Below are positions 23,261 to 34,343 of a DNA stretch of 64,000 nt, in pieces (positions within the stretch are counted from its first letter, which is position 1; every line of letters begins with the position of its first letter). The notes under the pieces are model-generated. The model made no database searches. It was not told where the DNA came from and saw only the letters and a program-made list of their open reading frames with translations. The position numbers were made by a program, and so were the translations under genes. Source of the stretch: Diplonema japonicum (lineage: Eukaryota; Protista; Euglenozoa: Diplonemea); contig OZ025716.1 of assembly GCA_964019335.1 (NCBI GenBank), positions 1 through 64,000 on the forward strand, read 5' to 3'.

Positions 23261-23995
23261 ATGCCACACCAAGGGTCCCCGGGATGCGGGCACGGGATGT
23301 GTGAAGACTTGGCAGCAAATCTTTTAAAGCTACGGTTCAAGATAAGATCGGGCAGCATAAAGGTAAAGCTCTGTGGCGAGGCCAGCCTGGACCTATGGGT
23401 GGGCGAAGGAAAGGTGGGGAGGTATCACAACACTGAAGGGGACACAGTAGCCTGCTGCAGCGAACTGGCGTGGGTATGGGGGTGCACACTGCTAGTTGAG
23501 TCGTTGAGGTATGGGTGTAATTGTGAGGAGAGCAAAGCAAAAGGAAGTGCCAAGCACGTGGCAAGCTCTTGTGCGGTGGTGCAGCCAGACTGCCTCGGCA
23601 CAAGGGTGTGGCTTCTCTCTGGTGGCGTGCCTCGAATGATCCACAGCGAGCACCTCCCTGAAGCGGTTTTGAAAGCACTTCCAAACCTTCGGCAGTGCGG
23701 TCATGGAGAGTTCGCCGACCCCTCTGGTCCAGGCCTTCTCCTCCTCCTAGACCCTGTTCACCCGCAGTTCGCAGAAATGGTGCTGCCTGCACTGCTCTCG
23801 CACAGGACCCCCCCTGTGGACAAACACATCAGCCAGATCTCCAGCAGCATTTTCAATATTTTCGAAGCCTCGGATTCACGGCAGTTCAGGCAGACGGTCG
23901 CTTCCCTCCTCGGGGTGGGCCCTGCCGATGTCTCCACAGAGCTTCTCGGACAGAAGCTGAAACAAAACGGAAAGAGGAAGCGAGAGCAGTCGTGA
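23261..23995 (+). CDS. Hypothetical protein (~232-244 aa)
   Basis: GC-rich coding-like island between A/T tracts; no recognisable motif; alternative ATG at 23297. Confidence 0.5.
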   Translation: MPHQGSPGCGHGMCEDLAANLLKLRFKIRSGSIKVKLCGEASLDLWVGEGKVGRYHNTEGDTVACCSELAWVWGCTLLVESLRYGCNCEESKAKGSAKHVASSCAVVQPDCLGTRVWLLSGGVPRMIHSEHLPEAVLKALPNLRQCGHGEFADPSGPGLLLLLDPVHPQFAEMVLPALLSHRTPPVDKHISQISSSIFNIFEASDSRQFRQTVASLLGVGPADVSTELLGQKLKQNGKRKREQS

Positions 23996-24194
23996 AGCTT
24001 GAACAAAAAAAGAAAAAAAAAAAATAAGAATAGTGCTGCTGGAATTGCTCAGATAACGTGCACGTGACCTCACCAAGGCTATTTCTTCATGTTAAGACAA
24101 CCCCCTGAGATGTTTTATTTGTCTCTGTCGTAGTCCTGTTTCTCCAATTGCTTCCTTTCCTCTTCCTCCTTCGCAGTCCCGGTTCCTCCCCCGC

Positions 24195-24336
24195 GTATAT
24201 TGCATATGCCTCCTCCGACTTGTGTCCTCCTTCAATCCTCCATCAGCTCTCCAACGATGCCTGTATTGTTGTTTTATGTGCGATCTTTGATCTTTTTGAA
24301 GGAGTGGGTTGATACCCTGGAGTGGGTTGATACCCT
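24195..24336 (-). pseudogene. Possible degenerate tyrosine-recombinase C-terminal fragment
   Basis: The minus strand gives RVSTHSFKK, then (frameshifted) GHKSEEAYAIY, resembling H-x-x-R/K and GH-x-S..Y. An 18-bp tandem duplication lies at 24301-24336. Confidence 0.3.
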
Positions 24337-24861
24337 TGCTTGGCTGTACTTCCTTTAAGTCTCATGAACGTGTTGTAAGCCAGCTCACCGAACATTTGGT
24401 CTCATCCCTTTAGCCTGCTCACCATTTGCTCCATATCCCACTTCGTCTACCTCCTCTAGTCTATTCCTCTCTCTGGTGCTCTTGTTGAGACGGTTTGTAT
24501 AAACCCGACAGATTCTGTTGTGTGTTTGTTCGCATGCCACACTGTGAAAATATTTGGAGATTATAAATACAAGTTATCTCAGTTCCCTGCTTCTTTTTGC
24601 GAAAGTAAAAGTAAACCAAAATATGTGCATCTGCACAGTGCGTCGCATGCACGCCTCTTTGCACGTCCCAGCACACATTCTCTAAGTAATCGAGGATTAC
24701 TTTCAAAATAAAAATTCCACACCTGTTATTGGATTTACAATCTCTCATTTTCTATTACCCTTTTTTTTTCTTTTGAACCAACGCCCATTGTTCTAATTTC
24801 TTTTAGACTTCTTGAAGTTTACAGGGAAGGGTTGAGGGTGAGGCGGCCCGTGAAGAGTGAA

Positions 24862-25164
24862 ATGAGCGCGCGAACCTCACCCCACGTCCGGCGGCTTGAT
24901 ACGCAAAAGAGACAGGTTCTCAAAAGAGTCCTCGAGGGCCTTTGGGCAGACGGCATCGAGAGTGTTGCGTGCACAGAGGATGAGGCACGCACTGTTGCGG
25001 TACACGCTTTGGGTATTCAAAGTATCGAAGACGTCGGGGGGCTGCTGGGGGTTCTTGCAGAGCTGCCTAAGCAGGTTTCTGACGACAAGCCCTTGACAAG
25101 ACACCTCATGACTTCAAAGGAGAGTGGAGGGTTCGAGATGATAGCTTTGGTGCTGGGAGTTTAG
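24862..25164 (+). CDS. Small hypothetical protein (100 aa)
   Basis: ORF behind polypyrimidine/AG sites with coding-like composition; no motif. Confidence 0.35.
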   Translation: MSARTSPHVRRLDTQKRQVLKRVLEGLWADGIESVACTEDEARTVAVHALGIQSIEDVGGLLGVLAELPKQVSDDKPLTRHLMTSKESGGFEMIALVLGV

Positions 25165-25287
25165 CTGCAGGGGGATAGGACGGTGTTTTAACAAACCCAC
25201 GAAAGATCTTTTGTATTACTAACCCCCTCCCCCTCCCCCTTGCCCCCTTGCCCCAGTGCATTATTTTGTATCACAGGTTCGTGAACC

Positions 25288-28200
25288 ATGGGAATCAGGG
25301 CACTGCTACTCCTCACCTATCTAGCGCTTCATGCATGTGGTGCCACCATCACCTTGCGTGTCACAACGAACACCATCTCACTGAGCGGATCATCCCAAAC
25401 CTTTACACCAACAGTGCATTCTTCATCTTCCGATTGCATTGCTACGCAGATCGCGAGCCCAAGCAGTGGTGATGTGAACACTGTGACTGCATCGTGCTCC
25501 TTCGCAGCAGATGATGTCTCTCAAGTGAGGATACCGGAGACAGGTTCTGACGGGTGGAACATTGCAAAGATGGAACTCCAGGTCAATGGTGCGTGGATGT
25601 TGCTGTGGGCTGTGAACCTGTCCCCTCCTGCCTTCGAGACTTGGATTGACGACGATAGCAGCTCGCCCGGGCACGCCACAGGGATCTGGGAGATGCTCCC
25701 TTTGAGGATGTTCATCACCACTGCCACCAGCTCTGATGCCCAGTCTAGTGCCACCTTCACCCCAAGCTTCATTTCCTCAGGTGGCTCTGCATGTGCAGGG
25801 ACACCCATTGTTGCCCCCAGGCAAGGTGACAAACATTGGAGTGTCGCAGGGTGCTTCGTGTTGCCCACTCTTGTACGTGTTGAGATCCTTGCCCCCAGCA
25901 ACGACAAGTGGCGCGTCAAGGCTGCCTCTATCGACAAGGGCGGCGGCGCGCTCGAGCAGTGGGTGGCCACCAACCCGAGCCCCCCCGAGTTGTCGACTGA
26001 CATCGATGATGACTCAAGCCGCCCTGAACACCTGAAGGCAGTCTTCCAGGCGCAGACCATCAGGGTGCGCATCAACACGGCAAGCAGCTCAAGTGCCGAC
26101 TCCGATGGCACATTCGAACCTGTGTTTATATCCACCTCCGGTGTGATCTGCCGGGGTACTGAGGTAGACGAGCCTGAGGAGGGCGACGTGGACTGGACTG
26201 TTGGGGGGTGCAACTTCGGGGCCGACGAGCTGGCACGCGTGGAGATCAAAGAAGACGGCGACGACGGGTGGGACATCGAGGAGCTCTGGGTCGAGATGCC
26301 CAATGGGGCTCTTGTGCAGTGGTGGGCAACCAACGAGTCACCGCCACAGAGGGGCACTTCCGTTGATGACAATGGGCCCAGCAAATATCAGAACGCCGTG
26401 TTCGAGTCATTGATTACACCTTCGCCGCCAACACCAGCCCCTAACACACCAGCACCTGATACACCCATTCCCAAGACACCTGCTCCAGACACATTCGCTC
26501 CTGATACACCTGCACCCAATACACTTGCACCTGCAACATCGCCACCTACGACACCCTCTCCAGCAACACCATCTCCAGCAACACCATCACCAGCAACACC
26601 CTCTCCAGCAACACCAGCAACACCATCTCCAGCAACACCCTCTCCAGCAACCCCATCTCCAGCAACGCCTGCACCAGCAACATCTGCACCTGCAACTGGA
26701 ATACCTGGTGTCCCTCCGACACTGGCGCCTCCAACTGCAACCCCAACAAACCCTCCTGACACACAGGCTCCTGCGACCTCTGCTCCTTCGACACCTGCCC
26801 CATCAACACCAGCACCCTCCACTCCTGCACCAGCAACACCAGCACCTTCGACACCTGCCCCGGCAACACCAGCACCAGCAACACCAGCACCTGCAACTGG
26901 AATACCTGGCGTCCCTCCGACACTGGCGCCTCCAACTGCAACCCCAATAAACCCTCCTGACACACAGGCTCCTGCGACCTCTGCTCCTTCCACCCCTGCA
27001 CCTGCAACATCAGCACCTTCTACTCTTGTTCCGGTAACACCTTCTCCAGCAACACCTTCCCCTGCTACAACTGCTCCGTCAACTCCTTCACCAGCCACTC
27101 CTTCACCCTCCACTCCTTCGCCCTCCACTCCTGTCCCAGTAACACCTTCTCCAGCAACACCAGTTCCAGTGACCCCGGTACCTTCCACCCCCAGCCCTGC
27201 AACCCTTGCACCTGCAACTGCAGTTCCGTCAACCCCAACACCCGTCACAGCGGCTCCCCATACCCCTTCCCCACCAACGTCAGCCCCTGCGACCCTTGCT
27301 CCTGCAACTCTGTCCCCTGCTACCTTCGTCCCTGACACAATGTCGCCGCCAACAGCGTCCCCAGCCACACTTGTTCCGACAACCTCTGTCCCCACGAGCC
27401 CACCAGCAACCACCACTCCCGAAACCTTTTCCCCTGCGACCCAACCCCCAGCAACAGGCTCACCACCCACCGTGCCCCCCGCCACACCAGCACCCTCGAT
27501 GCTGACACCCACCACGGGTATCCCTGCCACAGACACACCCGAGACACCAGCACCCGAGTTTGGAACAGGGGAAACGATCTCATCTGTGGGGACTGTTGCG
27601 ACTGGGGCGGCGGCCCTCGGGGCGGCAGGTGGGGCAGGGGCGGCGACACGGCTCGTCCTCGTCTCCGGGGCCTGCACTGGGAACGGGGCCGACCGTCGCT
27701 TCCCCTTCCCCTTGCACCCCACAGGGATAAAGGTTGGGGGGAGTGAGGCTGCTGGGGCTGTGGTTGGAAACTTCGGGATCATGGTTGGGTTCACACTGCT
27801 GATGCGTGGGGTGCTTGAGGTCCTGCAGAGGGCACGAATGAAGTTCTTATCCCGTGTGATGGAGGGGGCGGACACCCAAGGGCTTCTTCGCTTCCCTTCT
27901 GTTCCCTTGTTCGTGTTCACATGGCTGTACCAAGGGACGGCCTTGGGTGGGATGGCCTTGGTGATGCATCCACAAGGAGCAGGGAGTGTGGTTGGTGGCC
28001 TCGTCACTCTTTTGGCTTGTGTGGTTGCCCCAGTCTCCCTGTTCCGTGTGGTGGTTCGGGATATCCCTTCGAAGGCAGTGTACATGAAAGACTCTGAAGA
28101 GCAGGGGTTGGTCTTCACACTGTTCTGCGGCCCTGGGGAGTGGGTGAGTGTTGGGGGGGAGCTTCACTGGGTGAACAGGTACGCCTCTGTGACGCGCACC

Positions 28201-29868
28201 TTCCTCCAGGACAAGGCGTGGTTCTTCGTGATCGAGTACGGGTCGTCGTTCGCCCTTGCCGCCATCGGCACCCTGAACACCGAGACCTTCAGTGGGTGCG
28301 GACATGTGAAGATGGCGATGGCTCTTGTGTTCATGGTGACTGTGATGTTGGAGGCGGTACTGTGGCCACACGCAAGGCCACGGGACAATGTGATGGACTT
28401 CATTGCACTTGGGGCACAGGTGGCGGCACTGCTGCTGATGGCGATGGGGTACTACAGAGGGAAGGACATCGGGGAGCATGGGCTGCATAAAGTGGCGGAG
28501 CTTCTGTTCATGACTGCAGCGATACTGCTTCTGGTGAAGGTGTACTCTGACACACCCGAGACACCAGCACCCGAGTTTGGAACAGGGGAAACGATCTCAT
28601 CTGTGGGGACTGTTGCGACTGGGGCGGCGGCCCTCGGGGCGGCAGGTGGGGCAGGGGCGGCGACACGGCTCGTCCTCGTCTCCGGGGCCTGCACTGGGAA
28701 CGGGGCCGACCGTCGCTTCCCCTTCCCCTTGCACCCCACAGGGATAAAGGTTGGGGGGAGTGAGGCTGCTGGGGCTGTGGTTGGAAACTTCGGGATCATG
28801 GTTGGGTTCACACTGCTGATGCGTGGGGTGCTTGAGGTCCTGCAGAGGGCACGAATGAAGTTCTTATCCCGTGTGATGGAGGGGGCGGACACCCAAGGGC
28901 TTCTTCGCTTCCCTTCTGTTCCCTTGTTCGTGTTCACATGGCTGTACCAAGGGACGGCCTTGGGTGGGATGGCCTTGGTGATGCATCCACAAGGAGCAGG
29001 GAGTGTGGTTGGTGGCCTCGTCACTCTTTTGGCTTGTGTGGTTGCCCCAGTCTCCCTGTTCCGTGTGGTGGTTCGGGATATCCCTTCGAAGGCAGTGTAC
29101 ATGAAAGACTCTGAAGAGCAAGGGAGGCTGTTCACGATGTTCTGCGGCCCTGGGGAGTGGGTGAGTGTTGGGGAGGAGCTTCACTGGGTGAACAGGTACG
29201 CCTCTGTGACGCGCACCTTCCTCCAGGACAAGGCGTGGTTCTTCGTGATCGAGTACGGGTCGTCGTTCGCCCTTGCCGCCATCGGCACCCTGAACACCGA
29301 GACCTTCAGTGGGTGCGGACATGTGAAGATGGCGATGGCTCTTGTGTTCATGGTGACTGTGATGTTGGAGGCGGTACTGTGGCCACACGCAAGGCCACGG
29401 GACAATGTGATGGACTTCATTGCACTTGGGACACAGGTGGCGGCACTGCTGCTGATGGCGATGGGGTACTATGCAGGGAAGGGCATCGGGGACCACTGGC
29501 TGCATAAAGTGGCGGAGCTTCTGTTCATGACTGCAGCGATACTGCTTCTGGTGAAGGTGGCGATGGACCTTGGGACGGAGCTGTACATCCTTGTGAAGGG
29601 AAGGCGGAGGAGGCTGCAACGGGCAGCGTGGGAGAAGATGAATCCATTTGAGGAGGAAGGGGCCCTGCTAGAGCTTCTTGACAAGGTCCCCAGTCCTGCG
29701 AGCCCCACACTGTCGGAGAGTTTGTGTGGGCCCTTGAAAGTAAACAGCATGGTCACAGGCACCACATCGGCAACGGGCAGCAGCGCGCCCATCACAAACA
29801 TGCAGCGACACCTCTCACAAGCTAGTGCAGAGCTAGCTGGGAGGCGAAGGGGGCACTTCAGACTGTGA
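25288..29868 (+). CDS. Surface protein paralog 1: signal peptide, 3 PLAT/LH2-like domains, TPAP mucin stalk, two tandem multi-TM modules
   Basis: 1526 aa; acceptor tcacAG shortly upstream. Three repeats of the pattern (I/V)xTT..F.P.F..C....C.....RVEI...DxWxI. TM module duplicated with a 1017-bp period. Confidence 0.85.
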   Translation: MGIRALLLLTYLALHACGATITLRVTTNTISLSGSSQTFTPTVHSSSSDCIATQIASPSSGDVNTVTASCSFAADDVSQVRIPETGSDGWNIAKMELQVNGAWMLLWAVNLSPPAFETWIDDDSSSPGHATGIWEMLPLRMFITTATSSDAQSSATFTPSFISSGGSACAGTPIVAPRQGDKHWSVAGCFVLPTLVRVEILAPSNDKWRVKAASIDKGGGALEQWVATNPSPPELSTDIDDDSSRPEHLKAVFQAQTIRVRINTASSSSADSDGTFEPVFISTSGVICRGTEVDEPEEGDVDWTVGGCNFGADELARVEIKEDGDDGWDIEELWVEMPNGALVQWWATNESPPQRGTSVDDNGPSKYQNAVFESLITPSPPTPAPNTPAPDTPIPKTPAPDTFAPDTPAPNTLAPATSPPTTPSPATPSPATPSPATPSPATPATPSPATPSPATPSPATPAPATSAPATGIPGVPPTLAPPTATPTNPPDTQAPATSAPSTPAPSTPAPSTPAPATPAPSTPAPATPAPATPAPATGIPGVPPTLAPPTATPINPPDTQAPATSAPSTPAPATSAPSTLVPVTPSPATPSPATTAPSTPSPATPSPSTPSPSTPVPVTPSPATPVPVTPVPSTPSPATLAPATAVPSTPTPVTAAPHTPSPPTSAPATLAPATLSPATFVPDTMSPPTASPATLVPTTSVPTSPPATTTPETFSPATQPPATGSPPTVPPATPAPSMLTPTTGIPATDTPETPAPEFGTGETISSVGTVATGAAALGAAGGAGAATRLVLVSGACTGNGADRRFPFPLHPTGIKVGGSEAAGAVVGNFGIMVGFTLLMRGVLEVLQRARMKFLSRVMEGADTQGLLRFPSVPLFVFTWLYQGTALGGMALVMHPQGAGSVVGGLVTLLACVVAPVSLFRVVVRDIPSKAVYMKDSEEQGLVFTLFCGPGEWVSVGGELHWVNRYASVTRTFLQDKAWFFVIEYGSSFALAAIGTLNTETFSGCGHVKMAMALVFMVTVMLEAVLWPHARPRDNVMDFIALGAQVAALLLMAMGYYRGKDIGEHGLHKVAELLFMTAAILLLVKVYSDTPETPAPEFGTGETISSVGTVATGAAALGAAGGAGAATRLVLVSGACTGNGADRRFPFPLHPTGIKVGGSEAAGAVVGNFGIMVGFTLLMRGVLEVLQRARMKFLSRVMEGADTQGLLRFPSVPLFVFTWLYQGTALGGMALVMHPQGAGSVVGGLVTLLACVVAPVSLFRVVVRDIPSKAVYMKDSEEQGRLFTMFCGPGEWVSVGEELHWVNRYASVTRTFLQDKAWFFVIEYGSSFALAAIGTLNTETFSGCGHVKMAMALVFMVTVMLEAVLWPHARPRDNVMDFIALGTQVAALLLMAMGYYAGKGIGDHWLHKVAELLFMTAAILLLVKVAMDLGTELYILVKGRRRRLQRAAWEKMNPFEEEGALLELLDKVPSPASPTLSESLCGPLKVNSMVTGTTSATGSSAPITNMQRHLSQASAELAGRRRGHFRL

Positions 29869-30076
29869 TACTTATAGTTACCGTATTGAGAAATATGTTC
29901 TACAATTTAATCTTTTTATTTTTTTTTATATATTTTTTTGCCCTCAAAATAACGATTAGTACTGGTAGATTTTGTTCGGAATAGTTTCTCCGTTTCCTTA
30001 TTTTCAGATACTTAAGGAACGTGTTCTTAAGGAAACGGTCCCTCAAAGTAAGGAAACGTTTCCGTTTCCTTATTTT

Positions 30077-30130
<54 letters not shown>

Positions 30131-31168
30131 TTGGAAACGTGTTTCCTTGCCAGCATAGCCCTAGCCTAGGCTAGGCTAGGGGGGGTCACATGGTTGTGGT
30201 AAAATGGGGTTTTTCAATTTTTGCCAGTGGCAGAGTACTGGAGCCACCTAATCCATGTATTACACCCCCTTTTTGACCAAAAAATCGATTTCCGCCCGAT
30301 TCTGGCACTTTTGGGGTCCCCTGTATCTTCTGAACTTAGAATTTGACACGGTTTGTCTTTTGACCTCCCTTTAAAACGCCTCTACCGTTTGAACGGCAGA
30401 GTACAGTCTTGCGGCGTCGTCTTGTGAACGTACATTTCTGATGAATATCTATCATTTTCCCGATGTTGAGATTGTACGTTTGTTTTCTGCAAATATTTCA
30501 GGTACCAAACCGTGGTCACTGTTTTCAAAAGTACAAATAAAGCGTTTACAAGTGCTCAGAAATGCTCTTATCTAGGGGATTTTAATTTTTTTTTTTTGGT
30601 TAATATAGAGGGTATTGGGTGGTTTTCTTTTTCTTTTTTTACCTTAGAATGTGACCCCCCCCCCCCCCCCCCCCCCCGCTCCGTGTGCTTGGTCGAATTT
30701 AGAATATTTGCGAACAACTAAAGTACATTTTTCCTTCTTCTTCCCCCCCCTTTTAAAAATGTTTGTTCTGTCTTTTCCCCTGCTTGGATCAAAAGGTTGA
30801 TACACTCTTCCTTAGGTTCGGTATTCTCGGACGCGGTGCAGTGGGCGCTTTTTGGCAACATCTTCGGCAGTGAGTCTCTTTGTTAATTCTAACTTTCTTT
30901 TTGAATTTTTTTTTTTTTTTTTTATATTTTATTGCTTCTGTGGTCCCTCTCCCTATTTCAATTTCCAAGCTTTCTTTACCTCTCCACTTTTACTTTCTAC
31001 GGGACCACAGGGGACTTGGGAGGCTTCGGTAAAATCGAGACAACTTTTATTTCCCCCCCTTATTTTCTCTTAGAGAAAATTTGCAACTCGGCCCCCCACT
31101 CTTTGTTTCAACTAAGTATAACCAACAAAGGGTTCGGCTTACTGAGAAGGTAAAGTTAACAGCAGCTT

Positions 31169-31210
<42 letters not shown>

Positions 31211-31213
<3 letters not shown>

Positions 31214-32806
31214 CTCGAGCCGGGTTTTCAAGGGTGGGAGTGAAAATAAGATTTTACTTTATGTCACTCCCAGTTTACCTTAAATTAGGCCCAGGAGTGA
31301 AATAATGTTCTGAGCGTGAAATAATGTAACATTATTTCACTCCTGGGCCTAATTTCACCTATTTCACCCAGATTTCTTTTTTTTTACAATAGGAAGGAAG
31401 CTGAAGGCAATGGGGAAAAAGGCGAAGGATACAAAGGCAGAGGCGTCGAAGATCATGAACGCCAGCTTGCCAACGAAAAGCGCCGCCACTTACGAAGCAG
31501 AGTGGCACCGCTTTTGCTCTTTTCACAATTTCAGAACAACAAGATCGAAAAGCCCGACGGAAGACGAGTTGGTATTGTATTTCCAAGATATGAAGGACAG
31601 CGGCTTCGCTGCAACGAGCAAGTTACAGCAAGATCAACGCCATCATCCAACGAAACTTCGGTAAAAAAATGCAGAGCTTTCCCAGGGTTACACTTCTTTT
31701 GAAGCGCTTTGAAGAAGGCCATGAGGTGAAAAAAGCTTCGGTGTTTAGTCAGGAACAAATGAAAGAGTATCTGGCAATGAAATTCAGCGATCCCTACAAC
31801 ATAGTGCGTCAGGCATATGCAGCTTGCATGTTTGCAAGCGGGATGAGGACAAAAGAGTCGCACAAACTGAAATTTAGCGACGTCACGGAAACCACGGTTG
31901 ATGATGAGCTTGCATACAAAATTGTTTTTTCCCATGTCAAAACCCGGACGGAGAAAAAAAAGGCCACTGTTTTTAGAAGGGTACCTCGCAGCAGCAATGA
32001 CAACATACATCGCAAGCCTAAAAGAGCACAAGGTTGCATACAAAAATGGACCCCTCTGGCTCACGGGACTTGAAACAACATGGAGAAGGCAGATCATTGG
32101 CATCAACACCTTGTACAGCTTGCCCAGACACCAAGCGACGCAGCTCAACTTACAAGATTGTGCAAAATTCACCGGGCACAGCTACCGTCGAAGCACAGCA
32201 CAACACCTAGTAGATCAGGGGGTTAGCAGCCAGACACTGAAGTGCCAGTTCAACTGGGCATCGGAAAGCATGATTAACGAATACGTTAAACAAAGTGTTG
32301 CTGCTAATGCTCATGTTTCAAAGATGCTTATCAATCCTTTGAACCCGTCACTGAACCAAACACCCGCGAGTGGTGCCCCCCTTTAGTCACACAGTCAGTG
32401 CAAATGCCCCCCCAAGCCCCGCAAACCGCGCAAACGCACTTGCAGCCAGCTACAAGGATATGCTTAGATATTAACATCAACATCAAACAGAACTAGGCTG
32501 CTGTTACCTTCCTCCCACTTTTGTCTCCCCCTGTAACCCAAATCCCACTTTTCACTTGTTGTAACCCTGTAACCTCCCACCCTTTCAAACCCGGCTCTTG
32601 TTAAATAAAACAACGTATTAGTGAAAATAAGAGCATCATTTCCACGGCAGGTTTAACTCGTAGCTTTTTACTTACTCGCGTGCGCTCGTGAAGTAAACGG
32701 GATATTAGTTCACGAGCGAAGCGAGTGAACTAAGATCCCTACTCGTTAAACCCCCTGCCACCACGCGTGAAATAATGCTATCTTATTTTCACTTAATAAA
32801 TAGCTA
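31211..32806 (+). mobile_element. Crypton-like tyrosine-recombinase DNA element A
   Basis: YR gene flanked by a 30-bp inverted repeat (31211-31240 and 32574-32603, 26/30 identical). A terminal foldback at 32616-32798 ends in AAATAGCTA; T-tracts on both sides. Confidence 0.8.
31410..32386 (+). pseudogene. Tyrosine recombinase split by two frameshifts (~31620 and ~31960)
   Basis: Catalytic set SGMRTKE (R), HVKT (K), FTGHSYRRS (HxxR) and NWASESMINEY (W, Y). N-terminal EWHRFCSF..PTEDELVLYF. Confidence 0.85.
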
Positions 32807-32825
32807 TTTTTTTTTTTTTTTTTTT

Positions 32826-33564
32826 ATTATTTCACTCTTCAGAAATTACTTCACGCACTAGGGGGCCCATTACTTCACGCTAAATCTCATTACTTCACGG
32901 TGAAATAATGGCCTGTTTTCCGTGAAGTAATAGGGGGTTTCGGTAAATAATATGCCTTGGTAGTCCAATTTTTGCCTCGGCTCAGTTCCAAGTTGGACTA
33001 CTGGGGTTCCCAGTGGGGCTACTTTTTCCTCTCAGTTTGCTAGTTTCCCCCCAGGTTCAGCTCAATTGGCCAACTTTTGCCTCGGCTCAGTTCCAAGTTG
33101 GACTACTTTTTCCTCCCAATTTGCCCACTTTTGGCTAGGCCTTGTTCCCAGTTTCTGGTAACCCTTCTGTGGGTAAGGGTAACTTAGTCAGCTTACCCAA
33201 GCACCCCAAATGACTTCAAAATACCGAAGCAGCAGAAAAAAAGGAGCCAGCGGCCGCGCTAGGTATGGGAAGGCCTGATTAGAGATGGTGACAGTGGCAA
33301 TGCCCGCGACAGCGGCAGCTCTTAGTCAACAAAAGGAGGAAAAACAACTTGTATTGTAACCTTTGTAACCCCTCTCTTGTTGTACCCCTTGTCACCCTGT
33401 TGTGCCCCTCGTGGTGAAGTAATTTCAGAGTGTCGTGAAATAAAACCACTTACCTACCGCCAAGTAATGCTTTACCGACCTCTCGGGCCCTGCGGGCCCT
33501 CGACGGTAAAATGCGGAACCTCGAGGTAACGGTAAAGTCATTACTTGTTGGCAGTAAATAGCTA
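32826..33564 (+). mobile_element. Non-coding element B with the same architecture as YR element A
   Basis: Inverted repeat ~32828-32866 and 33404-33445, then a foldback at ~33455-33554 ending in AAATAGCTA plus a T-tract. Shares GTGAA(A/G)TAAT repeats and TGTAACCC motifs with element A. Confidence 0.7.
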
Positions 33565-34300
33565 TTTTTTTCTTCTTTTTTTTTTTTTTTTATACCACAG
33601 CAAATCGGGCGACGATGGGGGGTGGCTTGATGACAAACTGTTACCCCATTTAAAAAAAAAAAAAGATTATTTATGAATAATCAGATTACACCTTTTTTTT
33701 TAATTTTACTGACATCGCTTGTGCTAAAGGAATTTCAAGAGAAAGCAGCTTGGAAGTAAAATATGCTTCCCCCCCCCCCTTCTTTTTTTTAAGGATCCCG
33801 AAGTGGGGTTTGCCCTTAAATGTTTTTGCCTTTTTCTTTCTCCTCTCCTCCTATCCTCCTCTTCCTCGTATTAACACGCCCCTTTTATTAGCGGGTTACA
33901 AACGTTTCAATGATCTCTTGATGACGCTCACGGAACTATATAATGCTCCAAGAAGAAGAAAAAAAAAAAAAAAAAAAAAACTCTTTTTTATTTTCACACC
34001 TCCACCTCTGTCATTTCCGTACCGTTCTACTTCTATTTTTCTCTCTTTTTTTTTCCCCCTTCTTTTTTCTTTAAGAATTTTCCCTGAAACAGTCAAAAAA
34101 TCCTTTGACCTCATATTGGAATTCCCGAAGGGTGAAATCCCCCCTCTCTTAGAAACCTCAAAAAGGAACTTTCCGCATGTTGCCATCTGTAAAATGGCAT
34201 CGAAACTGTTGCAGAAGTTTGCTGTATGATATATATATTTCTATACTTCTGGACTGACAAATTCCCAAATAGGAAAAAACTTTCTTCTTTTTTTTTTTTA

Positions 34301-34343
34301 GTGGACCGTTGCTGACCTTCGTTCCTGTCATAGTAAATTTTTT
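34301..34343 (+). mobile_element. Extreme 3' relic of LINE family A
   Basis: gtggaccgttgctgacc--ttcgttcctgtcatagtaaatttttt aligns to 19921-19965 and follows a T-tract. Confidence 0.7.

Noticed and set aside
26420-27530. CRISPR-like periodic repeats
   Set aside because: These are degenerate 15-nt coding repeats of the mucin stalk with no unique spacers, in a eukaryotic context.
26388-28118. Long minus-strand Gly/Val/Ala ORFs (also 42752-44704, 56150-57037, 62560-63963, 50982-52436)
   Set aside because: These are antisense shadows of the Thr/Pro/Ala stalks and GC-rich coding sequence.
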